From the NCBI RefSeq assembly GCF_036321535.1, contig NC_087436.1:117616001-117680000 (forward strand): DNA of 64,000 bases. Reading direction: 5' to 3'. The notes under the pieces were generated by a model. That model was not told the DNA's origin. It saw only the letters and a program-made list of their open reading frames with translations, and made no database searches. Position numbers and translations under genes: made by a program. This DNA is from Camelus dromedarius. Taxonomy: Eukaryota. This document shows, in pieces, positions 40,970 to 52,375 of the stretch. Numbering within the stretch: position 1 is the stretch's first letter; the number at the start of each line of letters is the position of its first letter.

Positions 40970-42820
40970 TTACATTTCAAGAGTAGTATGTGCTCATTAA
41001 AGAAATTCAGGAAGACAGAAGCAGAAAAATAAATCACCATAGTCCCATCACCCAGAAAGAGCCACTGTTAACATCCTGGTGTATTCCCTTCTACTCATTA
41101 TTTCCATGCCTAGAGTTGGTTGGCTCTGCATACATAGTTTTAACTGTATCTGGTTTGGCAGTAATTTCTTAACCTAACATGAGAATGTGAGCAATCCTCA
41201 CATCATGACAAACTCTTCAGTATGCCCTATTAACCTAGTAATTTCCCTGTACCTGGGAATAACGCTATCGTGTCTCTACGTAAAGTACTAGTGACAGCTG
41301 CCAGGATGATCATCGTCAAAATCGACACCATCATTAAGACCACTGCTGCTAATTTTTAAATTCAGAAAGTCCTCCCACTTCTAGAAGACAAGTCAATATT
41401 CACTCCATTTTCATTTTCTTCAGTTTTGCTTCCACAATGAAATCTTTAGTCTATGTGGAAATTTACTTTAATCTGTGTACAGTAAGAGATGAGAACCTAA
41501 AAATAACCTTTTTCTTTTTCAAAGTGCTAACCAATTATCCCCAAATCACTGAATAAACTTTCTTTTTCTTACTGATTGACAATGCCTCTCATTAAAAGTT
41601 ACACACACACACCCCTGGCCTAACAGGCTTCCCTGATTGATCCATGTGTGCATGTATTATTTTCTGGCTTTAAAATGTTTTAATATTTGGTAAGGTGAGT
41701 AAACCCACCCCAACACACACCCTTCCACTCTTCTTCAAAAATCAGCTATTTTCACACATCATTCTTTTCCAGCTGAATTTGAGAACTACTTTCTAGATGA
41801 ATTTTAGAACTACTTTCTGTTGGAATTTTGATTAAAGCTGCACTAAATCTACAAACTAATTTAGTAGTAAATGACTTCAAGCGGGGCATTTACATTTCTT
41901 ACTAAGGTCACTTCTAGAAATGCTTTCTGTTATTTCTGTAAATGGTTTCATTCTATTTTAAGTGGTCATTAATTAGACTTGGATGGCGATTGATTTTTGT
42001 ACATTTATTTTGTACAAAATCTCCAAAGGCCTTCTGTAACCTCCAGGCCATAAGCTCCTCCCCAAGTGTGTTCCACGCCGCTGACTAAGAAGAACCCAGC
42101 GCCTCGTCAGCCAGTCTCCTCACTGTCACTGAAACGCACATGCTCAGGCTCCACCCCAGCCCAAGTCTACCTGCTCTTCAACGCTCTGCTCCCACATAAA
42201 AGTTTTCCTGGCTAGCCTGCTCCTTTCACCTACCCCTTTTCTATACTCCTCCAGCACTGAAATAAGTTCCAATACATTTTATACTTTCCCTAAAATTAGA
42301 GGTAATTTTCTTTTTATCGAATAGGGCATCCAGTTTTTTGTATCTGAGGAAAAATTACACAGAAAACAAGTAAAGTGAATTTATATATAGTTTGCCTTTT
42401 ATCTTAAAGAGATTATAAATTTGAAACAAATCTAGTAAAAATGTAAGCAGCTTAAATATCTTTCAATAAAGGTTCAGGTAAATAAATTATGTGATATTAT
42501 TTTTAATGGCTATGCAGTGACATTTTTAATGTCACTGATTATTTTAATCAGTGACAAGAACAATATATACTGACATAGAAAAACGTTCACAATATGTTAA
42601 GTAAAAAAGGCAAGACGAGACAGGAATAGAGGGGCTACAAAGCAGCATTGTAGAAAAATTTTGTTTTTGTTTAATAGGAAAAATGTCTGGAAAAATATAC
42701 CCCAAAATTAAAGCAGTGGGTATTTCTGGCCAGTAGTACTAGTGAACTTTACTTTCTTTTTTATTCTGCTTAATGAGCACTATTTTTATAATCAGATTTT
42801 TAAATTAGTCAACTTAAAAA
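40970..42820. mobile_element. Highly decayed L1ME fragments
   Basis: AATCACCATAGTCCCATCACCCAGAAAG; GTTGGAATTTTGATTAAAGCTGCACTAAATCTACAAACTAATTTAG; CTGACATAGAAAAACGTTCACAATATGTTAAGT. Confidence 0.55.
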
Positions 42821-43743
42821 ACATGTCCTGCTGATAACCACCCATTATAAGAGTATATAATCACTACTAAATCAAATACATTTGTGGAAACATACCAAGC
42901 GACTTTGAAAAACAAACTCATTTTTTAATCTAGGCGAAATATTCTGAGTATACGGGCACTCAGCGGGGAAATATTACAAGGCATTGGGCAGTTATCATCA
43001 CAAAAAGCATTTAAAAATACATCCTGTGACTTTGTGCAAGAAGAGTACTGAATCCTGGAGCCATCCTGTTGGAAAGGTCCTTAACAACTATCTAGTCAAA
43101 GCCCCTCATTAAACAAACAAGAAAGATGAAAAATAAGGAAACAAAAACCAAACCAAAAAAGAAGTAGGTGAGTTCTCCAAGATCACATAATTACTGGCAA
43201 AGTCCAAAAGTGTTTATAATTCAAAACTTATGCTTTTTAATTCCTTTCTCAATTTCTCTGAGTTAAGATAGGCTGCAGTCTGCCATTTCTACTTAGACTA
43301 TAAAAGACAAATGTTGATTTTACCAGGGTTTTCTTATCATCTGTCTAGAAAGTGAACAGGAATGTGCACAATACTGTGAAATGAAAAGACTCACTTCTCT
43401 GGGTTAAACAGAGCTCATGAGCACCACAAGAAAGTTTTGACAAATAGGCATATGTTAGACTGTGACAAGCAAGAGCAGGCGAATTCTTGTATTTACAGAC
43501 CTTGAGGACCTGAAAGTCAGGAATAAAAAAGTACTACTGAGTTTAAAGTTACAACTGTTCATAGCCGAGTTACAGGAGTCCATTCAACACATCAGACTTT
43601 CATTCCTCTCGTTTATTCCCTCTCTTTTACCGGGGTTCTGCAGGGGCCTCTTTTTAAGTCAATTTTAAACCTAGTGTGTTTGAAACAATAAGTTTTTCAT
43701 AACACAAGCCACAATTAACCACTGTAGACTTTACCGACGCTTT

Positions 43744-43760
43744 GCCCACCAGAGGGAGCC
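43744..43760 (+). promoter_or_regulatory. CTCF core motif
   Basis: CCACCAGAGGGAGC at 43746-43759. Confidence 0.6.
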
Positions 43761-45151
43761 CATATAGATTTCCATGTAACAAGAAACCTCAAACATCAAA
43801 TTTGTATGAATTCTAGAATATTATTCATAATATGATCAATATTGTAAAATCATTTGATAATAATTATATTTTTATTCCCCTCAATAGAGAAAAATTGAAT
43901 GAGATCAGGTACGTAAAACCCTTAACAGAGTTCCCAACCTACAGCAGAAGCTCAAAAATAATTGACTTTCTAATATTTGGATCCTCCTGAGTGTTAATTA
44001 TAGTACTCAAAGTAAATGAACAATTTGGTATTCTGACTTTTACACAAGTTGACGTGAGCTCAAGTGATATCTGTCCTGATCAATGGTTCTATCCTTGGTA
44101 CGCTGACAAATCTGTTTCTCAAGCCTGCAGGACAGAATCAGACCCTGGACAGGAAGAATTCCTTAAAAAGTCACCCTGAGAGACCTGTTTTGGCAGCCCT
44201 GTCCTTGTAGGTGATACACTGAACTGCTGGCTACCTGCCAACTAGAAACTAAGGAAGGGGAGAACTCTTTGACCCATTCCAGATTTTTCTTAGGACAAAG
44301 GAGAAAGTCAATTGACTATCCCTGAGAACCACGCTTCTATGAGTTATGATACAATCATTACCACCAAGATGAGTTTCTTTCAAGAATAAAGAAAGCACAA
44401 GTGAGCACAAACTCTGCATAAGAACCTGCATCTAGATGGGCCCTGCGACTCTATGCCCATCTGCAGTCTGGTGAGGGTGACCTGCCTTGTCTCTCCCAAC
44501 CCAGCATTTGCTGCATTTGTGAGGCAGGTCTAAAATCTCCAAACGGTCGGCTGGGCAGATGTTCTAGTGTCTATCTTAAACACTCAACCACCTCCAAGAT
44601 CTAAATGTGACAAAGCGAGAGGAACCCCCAGGCTCCAGCTACGCTCTCCAATCCAGGCTTACCCAGAAGCACTGCCGCTGGGGAGTCACCACCACATGTT
44701 GTCTTAATACAACTCCGAAGTCTGCTGGGCTCCTTGGATCTATTCTCCACTGTTCAGAACTGAGGAAGTGAAGGCACGAGCAGTTGGCATTCTACTCTAA
44801 CTTAAAAAAAAAAGTTGCTGTGGTATCTGTCACTACTCAACTTCCCAACCAGAAAGCTGGGGATTATTCCACCTCTTCCTCTTTCCAGCCCCACCAGTCA
44901 CTACACTTTTAAAATCCACCTCCTCGGTGTCTACCTCATCCACCCGCTCCTGTCACTGACTCACCAGTGTCCACCTGGGTCACTGCAAGAGCCTCTCAGT
45001 GAGCTCTGCTGTGTCAGTCTCACTACACTTCAAACCCACCTGCAATGTGGCTGATCATTTTAAAACACAAATATGATCTTTTCATGCCTCTGCTTGCATA
45101 GCTCAGAGCATAAAGTCCAAACTCCTCAGCGCTGCTGACAATGCTCTCACC

Positions 45152-45349
45152 CAAGTCTGGCAAACTTTTTCTCTAAAGGGCCAAATAGGAAATATTTCAG
45201 ATTTTGCAGGGTTTTGCCAGCTACAGCTCTGCCACTATAGCACAAAAGCATCCATAGCCTATATATAAACAAGTGTAAAGAATAAACCCCATTTACCAAA
45301 ATTGGCAGTGGCTGGACTTGGCCTATGGGCCAAAGTTGGCTGACCCCTG
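45152..45349 (+). mobile_element. MER58A-like hAT MITE inserted into L2
   Basis: GGCAAACTTTTTCTCTAAAGGGCCAAATAGGAAATATTT...TTGGCCTATGGGCCAAAGTTGGCTGACCCCTG. Confidence 0.88.
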
Positions 45350-46729
45350 CTCTAATCTAACCCAGCGCAGCCTCTTCCCCTGCCCTCTGACCCTCACCCA
45401 CGCCTCCTCTAAAAAAGGACTCCAGACACCACAGTCTGACCTCTGCTCCCCCAACACCCTGCTGCTGTACATCTGGGCCTATATTCCTCCCTCTGCCAGG
45501 AATGTGATTCAGCCCCTTCCTCTGGTAGAATGGTCCTCATCCTTCAAGGTCCAGTTTGCTTTCCCACTGACTGTCCCTCAAGGAACTTTAGTTATCCTTT
45601 ATCTGTATTTTCAGAAGAGCCAGGACATATGTCACATATGTTTTTTGTGCCCTCAGAATGACTGATACCTATCAGGAGTCCCATGCTTATAGGATGATGG
45701 AATAAATCAATTAGTATTGAATAAACATAATTTCAAAAGCTACAGTCTTCACAAGTTCTGGGGAAAATTCAGAACTGCAGTCCACACAAAGGTTCACTAC
45801 TTGTAAAAAGTCTCTAGCACAGCGTTCTGCTCAGAGTATATACTCAGTTATTATGACCCATAAAAACGTAACATCATGAAGTTAATGGGGGCCTTGGAGA
45901 ACATTAACACAGTGAGAAACTGTGTCTCTCTGAGCCCTACGGTTGGTTCCAAAGGGGCTCCTCAAGGAGGAGGGGGAATGGTGGTAGAGGGGCAGGCTGG
46001 CTAATGAACCTCTCTCTTCCCAGCCCCTGAATCCCAGCCTCAGCCAAAGCTGCTCTTTATTTCATTTGCATTAATTTTTAAAAAATCTATACGATTCAAC
46101 TCGTATTCTGTTTAAAGCCTGCATCCAAAACCTACATTGTTTCCTGGTCTATTCCTGTCTTACGTGGCCCCATCTCCAGCTTCTCGCTGACCCATGGCAC
46201 CTTTTGCCCGAATACTGCTTTTTGGAACCATGTTCCCTCAACTGAAACCCAGTTTAAGTAGGATTATACTCAATCCTTGGATGAAGTCTATTTCCAGCTA
46301 CTCTGGATAATAATTCAGGTGGTCCCAGCTTAACCTTTGGGTCCAAACAAAGGGACACAAAGTCAACACTACGTCTCAGAAGAAAACCAAGGAGGACCTG
46401 AGGAATCAATGCCAAGTGTCATGGCTGTCACTTAGACCTGAGTTGTTATACTGCTTATGTGTCTGCTTCTCCACTTGACTGTACTGTACACTCCCTGAGG
46501 TAGGAACTGAATCTTAATAACAAAATAAAAGCTACTACTTATTCAATGTTTACTACAGATACTGGATTAAGGGTACACATATGCTGTATAATATTAAGGA
46601 ATCATGTTAGGACCACATAGAAGAATTGGAAGGAGTCCTAGACAGAGATCAACCAGTTCCAGAACGAAAAGCAAAGGGACACAGTGCCTCCATTAAAAAA
46701 AAAAAAAATTAAGTGACACAGTAGATTAA

Positions 46730-47160
46730 CACTTATTCATTAACTCAAGAAACATTCATTGAGAACCTATGTCCCTACACTGTTCTAGAACCTAAGGAGT
46801 CAGTGGTAGACCACACAGAGTCTTTGTTTTCATAAAGTATACATTCTAGTGGATAAACAGCAAATATATGCTAGATAATGACCACAATAAAACAAAGTAA
46901 AGAACAGAAGAAGGATGCTACTTTATACAGGGCAGTGGAGGAAAGGCTCACTGAAGAGACTTAAAGACCACATGGAATCTGGGGAACAACAAATGGAAAG
47001 GTCCTGAGGCAGGAATGTGCCTGGAGCAGGTGAGGAAAGCAAGGAGGCTAGGGCGTCTGGAGGAGAGTAAGAGTGAGAGGAGGTGAGGTCTGAGAAGCGG
47101 CAGGGACCAGATCCTCTGGTTTTGAGCTGCTGTTAGAAGTCTGAACTTAAACCAGGAACT
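46730..47160 (-). mobile_element. L2 3' fragment
   Basis: ATTCATTGAGAACCTATGT...CTGTTCTAG...AAAGGTCCTGAGGCAGGAATGTGCCTGG. Confidence 0.8.
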
Positions 47161-47744
47161 CAAGATAATCAACCCCTAAAACAATAAGAATAAATGACAT
47201 TTAGCTTCCACAAAAGCTTGTATAATACACAAAGAAAAACTCAGCTGCACGCCTAATCTGAAAATAGAATTCCCAACAACTCAGAGCTGCTGTTTACCTG
47301 ACATGTAATCAAAACATCTTTGTTTTACAAGACATCACTGCAGTTACTGTCTAAGCACTCAGATTTAGCAGTGTGGACACTGAGGTGCAGAAAGACCATG
47401 TGGTCTGCCCAGTTAATGCAGAACTTGGGATAGAACACAGGTTCCCTCAGGTCCCGTTCGGTGATTTTCATTGGCTCCTGCTGCCCCTGCAGACTCGGTC
47501 TGGCTGCTTCCAGGGGTCTTGGTTTACTGTGTGGTGCTTCCCCTGCCTCTGTAACCTTTATAAACCAGTAAGAAAATGGAAGAGTTACCCCTATGATGCA
47601 CCTCCAGACACATTCCCACAGCAAAGCCTGTTGTTACAAACTCCCACAATTCTAGTTTTTTATTCTCAACAGAGTTGAAGACAAGCAGGTAAGTAAGGTG
47701 AAGGCAGGTCAGGCACTGTGCTAGTTACTAGAAGGAACACTCAT

Positions 47745-48040
47745 TTTGGTTTTGCCTGTCCAGCATTTCTTGCTCCCTAGTCTTAGCGATCACAGACTCC
47801 AATCCACCTACTGGAGTGAACATATGACCTGGCCATTTGAGGAACCTTATCCTTCTGATGCCATAAGGAGAGCTCAGGACCCAAGCAGAACCAATGAGAG
47901 TCCTTTCTTGGGGTTTCATGGATAAGAGTTGGAGAAAGAAGCTTCATCCTGTTTCCCAGTTAGACCAGCCAAAACATCCCTATTTTGCTCAGGTTATTTA
48001 ATCAAGGTTACTGTTACTTGAAACCAAAAGAATTCACACT
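47745..48040 (+). mobile_element. MaLR LTR fragment (MLT1-type)
   Basis: ACCCAAGCAGAACCAATGAGAGTCC...GGTTACTGTTACTTGAAACCAAAAGAATTC. Confidence 0.6.
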
Positions 48041-48069
48041 CAGGCATGCACTTGCATACCTTTTCTCCT

Positions 48070-48500
48070 TTCTGCCTAACAACCTTATAAGGTTACTATT
48101 ACTCACTCTATTTTAGAAGTGAGGAAACTGAGGTTAAGTAACTCTCCCAAGTTCATACAGTAAGTTCATACAGTAAGAGTCATTCAAATTCAGGTCTTTC
48201 TGTTCTAAATCTTATTCACTATTCAGTTATGAATTCAGTATTAACTCAGGAATAAGAAACTCAGCTAAAGAATTTTTGGTTTGAAATTACAGTAGAAACG
48301 TAAGGTAGGAGAATGTATAAGGGCAGGGTGGGAAATATTAAACTGGGGTCAAAGGACCTGGCTTCTACCTCTGGCTCTGTCCATTGACTTTATCTGTTAT
48401 GACTCTGGGCAAGACACTTCCCTTATCTGGGTGTTAGTTTTCCCACCTATAAAACCAGAAGCCTGAACAACATGAACGTAAGATCTCTCTAAGTACTAAA
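48070..48500. mobile_element. Two MIR SINEs in opposite orientation
   Basis: GAGGAAACTGAGGTTAAGTAACT (minus) and TGGGCAAGACACTTCCCTTATCTGGGTGTTAGTTTTCCCACCTATAAAA (plus). Confidence 0.7.
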
Positions 48501-49799
48501 AGAGAAAATCCGTGGTTCTGCTTCAGACATACAGATTCTATTTTCACTATATTTCAGGTAGGAGGTCAAGTAAATTTCAACTTCAATGTCAGGTCCAACA
48601 ATTGGTAATGGCTGCCTGGGCACAATGTTGCAAAGGATTCTGGGAAATGAACACTGGCTCCTTGGTCATAGGGAGGAAGAGAGGAACAGCTGCCTGCTTG
48701 CCACACATTTGCCATCACTCACAGTTTCACCTTGACAGAGGAATGTTGCTTCCTCCTCTATCGATGCTATTAGTACCTGCAATGGATTTTCAGACTCCTT
48801 CATGAACTTACTTGGTTTTCCTTTGCAAGCAACGAATGAAAGTACAAGAAAGCTAAGTGGTTTAGGGAATATAGCTTTGTCCCACTGATGAAAATACATC
48901 TAAATGGCCTACATGGGGTTAGGGTAGCGGGTGAATGGGAACAATAATAATCGCTATAGTTCTTTACGATACATACATACATACGTATTAGCATCAAAAG
49001 ATGCTAATAATCAGCTTGCCAATTAAATGGGGGTATTATCATGGCCATCTTTATAGAAAGAGGGAATGAGACTCAGGTAACAGGACTTGCCCAAGTCTCC
49101 CACTTCTGAGTAACAGAACCCACATTCGAATCCAAGCCTTCTAAAATCTAAGTCTCAGTTCTCTTTCCAGTCCAAGGTCCCCATTAGTCCCACGATTCAA
49201 ATAAGTTAACCAATCAAGCTCCCAATGCAAACCGTCATAGTTATTACTGTTTGGAGTTGTCCAGCTGTGATAAGTTCTTCCCCTCAAAATCTGAAATGCC
49301 GTTACTAATTTGTTGGTAATTTAATGGGTGGACATGCATTGAGTACATACAAATTGAGCAGAGAGTTACCTATCTCCACACCTTTGTGCATACGCTTAGT
49401 CAAGATGCCCTTCTCCACCCTGTCTGCACTGGAACCAACTACTTCTCTTTAAAGATTTGTTTCAGCTATCATTGCCTCTGTAAAGCCTTTCTTGGCCCTG
49501 AGGTAGAACTGAACACACCCTCCTCTGTGCTCTACACAACATCTACAAGGCTTTAAGTCACTTCTTTGTTACTATGTCTCCACTATTCTGTTTAAATCCT
49601 ATTATTCTAACACAATGCTGGTCAGAAAGCAGGTGCTTAATTGATGCTTACTGACACACTGAATTTATTCATCTGGACCAATTTCCCTTCCAATGCATGA
49701 ATATCCTCTGTAACTGCCGCTCATGAATTCATGCATGCATACATTCATGAAAAAATATCTGAGTGTCTACAAAGTACAAGGCATTGCACTGTGTACCAA

Positions 49800-49968
49800 A
49801 TGGAGGTGAATTTACCATGAAATCAATGAAGTTTAAGCTTCAGGGCCCCTCACTTGCACCTCTCAAAGCTCTGAACCATTTTTTTTTCTGATTTTGTATT
49901 TCATTTCTTAAAGAGGACAGATATAACTACATAAACTCCAAGCTTCACAAAACTAGATCCACCCTTGG
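49800..49968 (+). mobile_element. MER53-like hAT MITE inserted into L2
   Basis: GGTGAATTTACCATGAAATCAATGAAGTTTAAGCTTCAGGGCCCCTCACTTGCA...CACAAAACTAGATCCACCCTTG. Confidence 0.75.
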
Positions 49969-50724
49969 TGCCAAGGATATGAAAGTGAACAAGGCAAACG
50001 TTCTCTTCTCTTACAGTGTTTCCTGTTTAGTGGGTAAGACAGACAACCATTTGTTCATTCATTCATTCAACAAACATTTACTAAGCAATGCTGAGTCAGG
50101 CTTTGAGGATTCTGGGGCAAAGCCAACACTGTTCCTGCCCTTGAGAAGTAGGTCTTTGCTCTCCTGAACGAAAGCCTGCAGTGTTCAGGGAACAGAAAGT
50201 AGTTTAGATGACTGTAATACAGAGTGTTTGTGAAAGATTATCTTAAACCAGTCTCAAGATCTAGCGATCCCTAGCATGAGCCCTAACCTATTGTAGGAAG
50301 CAAGGGGAAGGGAGTGGTCAGCTGAACAGGATCTTTGATCTCAGTGAGGAAGCGGGGAGGGGAGGGGGATGAGACAAGTAAACAGAAGAGACGAAAACAC
50401 TGTTGTCAGTGCTGCGACAGGAAAGCAGAGAACTGTGTGGGAAGCTTCGCCGGCGTTCAAGTCTGCAGTTTCGGCAAACTCATGACCTCATAAAGGTAAT
50501 GAACTCTGAACTTGCAAACAGAAGACTTCCTAGTTCCCCAAATACGAGTCCCCATTCCTCTCGACCTAAGACTGTTCCTTTCCAAGACAGCCCTTGGGGA
50601 CCAACTCTCCGGCCCCCCTGCAGACCACTTTCTCAGGCGCCTCCTTTGCACAACGCTTACGGGACAGAGTCCAGTTTGGGCTCTGGGGTCCCTGTCGCGG
50701 GTTCGCCCCCCACTCCAGCCCGCC

Positions 50725-50738
50725 GTTTCCATAGCAAC
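50725..50738. promoter_or_regulatory. RFX X-box motif
   Basis: GTTTCCATAGCAAC fits the X-box consensus GTTNCCATRGNAAC and lies just inside intron 1. Confidence 0.6.
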
Positions 50739-50746
50739 CAGCTCAC

Positions 50747-50914
50747 CACTTCGCGCGCCCGGCTGGAGAAGTCGCCCTTGGGCCGGGGGCTCCGGCGGAA
50801 CAGCTCGTCGCGGCTGCCCTCAACCCCGCCGCCCACCGCCACTCCCAGCGCTTTGTTGCGCGTCTTCACGGTCTTGACGCTGGCCCGGAACAGCAGGGTG
50901 ATGTCCACCGCCAT
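50747..50914 (-). CDS. STX18: Syntaxin 18, coding part of exon 1 (aa 1-56); the gene continues beyond the left edge of the window
   Basis: The translation MAVDITLLFRASVKTVKTRNKALGVAVGGGVEGSRDELFRRSPRPKGDFSSRAREV matches the syntaxin-18 N-terminus as I recall it. ATG at 50914 is in a strong Kozak context (GTCGCCATGG). A phase-0 donor GTG|GTGAGC follows at 50746-50741. Confidence 0.97.
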
Positions 50915-50948
50915 GGCGACCCGCACCCACGGCCCCCACCAGGCCGGC

Positions 50949-50956
50949 CCACGTCA
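50949..50956 (-). promoter_or_regulatory. UPRE / CREB3-XBP1-ATF6-type motif TGACGTGG
   Basis: Plus-strand CCACGTCA reads TGACGTGG on the STX18 strand, 35-42 nt upstream of the ATG. Confidence 0.45.
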
Positions 50957-51929
50957 GCAGCCGGCGACCGCGACTTGAGCCCGGCAGCTGGAGGACAGGT
51001 CCGGCAGCGCACGCCTCCGCCCGCCAACAGCGACGCGGGAAGAAAAGTTCCGGCCTGCGCGGGGCCACCGCGGCCAGAGGAGAAAGGTTCCGGCCTCCGC
51101 CCGCGCGCCTAGCCGATCCTCTAGGCGCCGCCGACTCCGCGACGCGCACACCCGCGCCCTTTTCTGCTCCCAGCAAACCTCGGCGGGCTTGGCCGCGGAG
51201 GGAGATCGCAGGGTCCCGAGCCCCCGCGAGCCCGCTTGCGGAGTGTAGGGGATAGGGGAGCTAGGGGATCGAGGAGTTGGAGGGCTCACTCCCTTCTCGT
51301 GGCTCGCGCGCTGCCCAAGTCAAGCCGCGCGGGTTGCGGGGGAGCGGAGGCGACGCAGCCTGACTCATACCTCAGGGACTCGCCTTGTGCGGGACCGAAG
51401 CACGTGGACGGTGACCACCAGGGTGCAATAAGTGCCAGGGCAGAGTCAGGTGTGTGCAAGGCACAGCGCTAAGGCCAGAGGCCTTTCTTTCCAACCTTCA
51501 CCCACCTGATCTGTAAAATAAAGGCAGCACTTTCCTCCAAGTGTTTACAGTGATAATTAAACGAAATAACACGTGTAAAGTGTTATGGCGTTGCTTGGCT
51601 CCTAAAGACCACTGAAAGTTAGTTACCGTTGTTAACAATAATGTTATTGTTATCATTGTAGGCATTAATCATGGTGGGGAATGCTCGGTAGAGAAGGCAT
51701 CACAAGATTTGAAGGGTGACTAGGAATTTACCAGATGCAGAAAAGGACGGAAGAGTTTCACTGGTTCCTGTTCATCCTCATGTATGGTTTTTAAATATAC
51801 CATCTAAGTCATAGTTATTTAAATCGACTGCAAGTGAGCCAGTGAATTCTTTCTACACTTTGGTTCAAGGTTCAAATTTAATTCACGATCTCTTTGATTT
51901 CATCCTTTGTCTTCCTTAAAGAGGATGCA

Positions 51930-52375
51930 CAGCTGGAATATGTATATAAAATGTGATTGTCAAATTATTTTCATGCTAAGATATTATTTGTATTTTCACT
52001 TATTCTCTCGTGAGTTGTGCTCAGTTCGGTTTTCCAGAGGCTGGGTGACTTGTGTTATACTGCAAAACACTGAATGTAGAACAGCTGTCTTCTATTAAGA
52101 CAAACTTTATAAAGAGATCTGCAAAAATATAAAACAATGCCATTTTCACTAAGCTGATTTGGAAATGCATTTTTTCACAAGAAGATACCATTTATGTTAA
52201 CATGTAGTGGATTTATTTTTGCTTTTAACTGAATGAATATTTAAATTTTTTGTTTTAATTTCCTAATATGGTAAATATCCATAGACAAAATCTATATAAG
52301 CCAAAGTTATTTTAGGGCCCTCAATAACTTGTAAGAGTGTAAGGTGTTCTGAGACCAAAAGTTTGAGGGCCACTG
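51930..52375 (+). mobile_element. Charlie1-family hAT transposon, 3' end
   Basis: CAGCTGTCTTCTATTAAG...AAAGAGATCTGCAAAAATATAAAACAATGCC...CCTCAATAA...CTGAGACCAAAAGTTTGAGGGCCACTG. Confidence 0.8.

Larger units (their letters stand above)
1..50746 (-). other. STX18: STX18 intron 1 (partial, more than 50 kb)
   Basis: Begins at the GT donor at 50746. I found no sequence encoding the expected exon 2 (ISHIGKLRDFLLEHRKDY...) in the window. Human STX18 intron 1 is also very large. Confidence 0.85.
50560..51430. promoter_or_regulatory. CpG island / STX18 promoter, probably bidirectional
   Basis: Sharp rise in GC and CpG density around exon 1, with GC boxes, E-box CACGTG at 51401-51406 and AP-1 TGACTCA at 51361-51367. 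Confidence 0.92.

Noticed and set aside
48149..48177. 13-bp tandem duplication AAGTTCATACAGT, and a similar 21-bp imperfect duplication at ~41775-41818
   Set aside because: Ordinary slippage duplications inside old repeats.
50657..50746. In-frame continuation of STX18 (VSWLLWKRR...)
   Set aside because: Read-through past the canonical GTGAGC donor into intron 1; not STX18 protein sequence.
50403..50978. 191-aa plus-strand ORF and other ORFs overlapping the CpG island
   Set aside because: Non-ATG start, low-complexity Pro/Arg/Ser content, and antisense to STX18 exon 1. Long ORFs are expected in GC-rich DNA.
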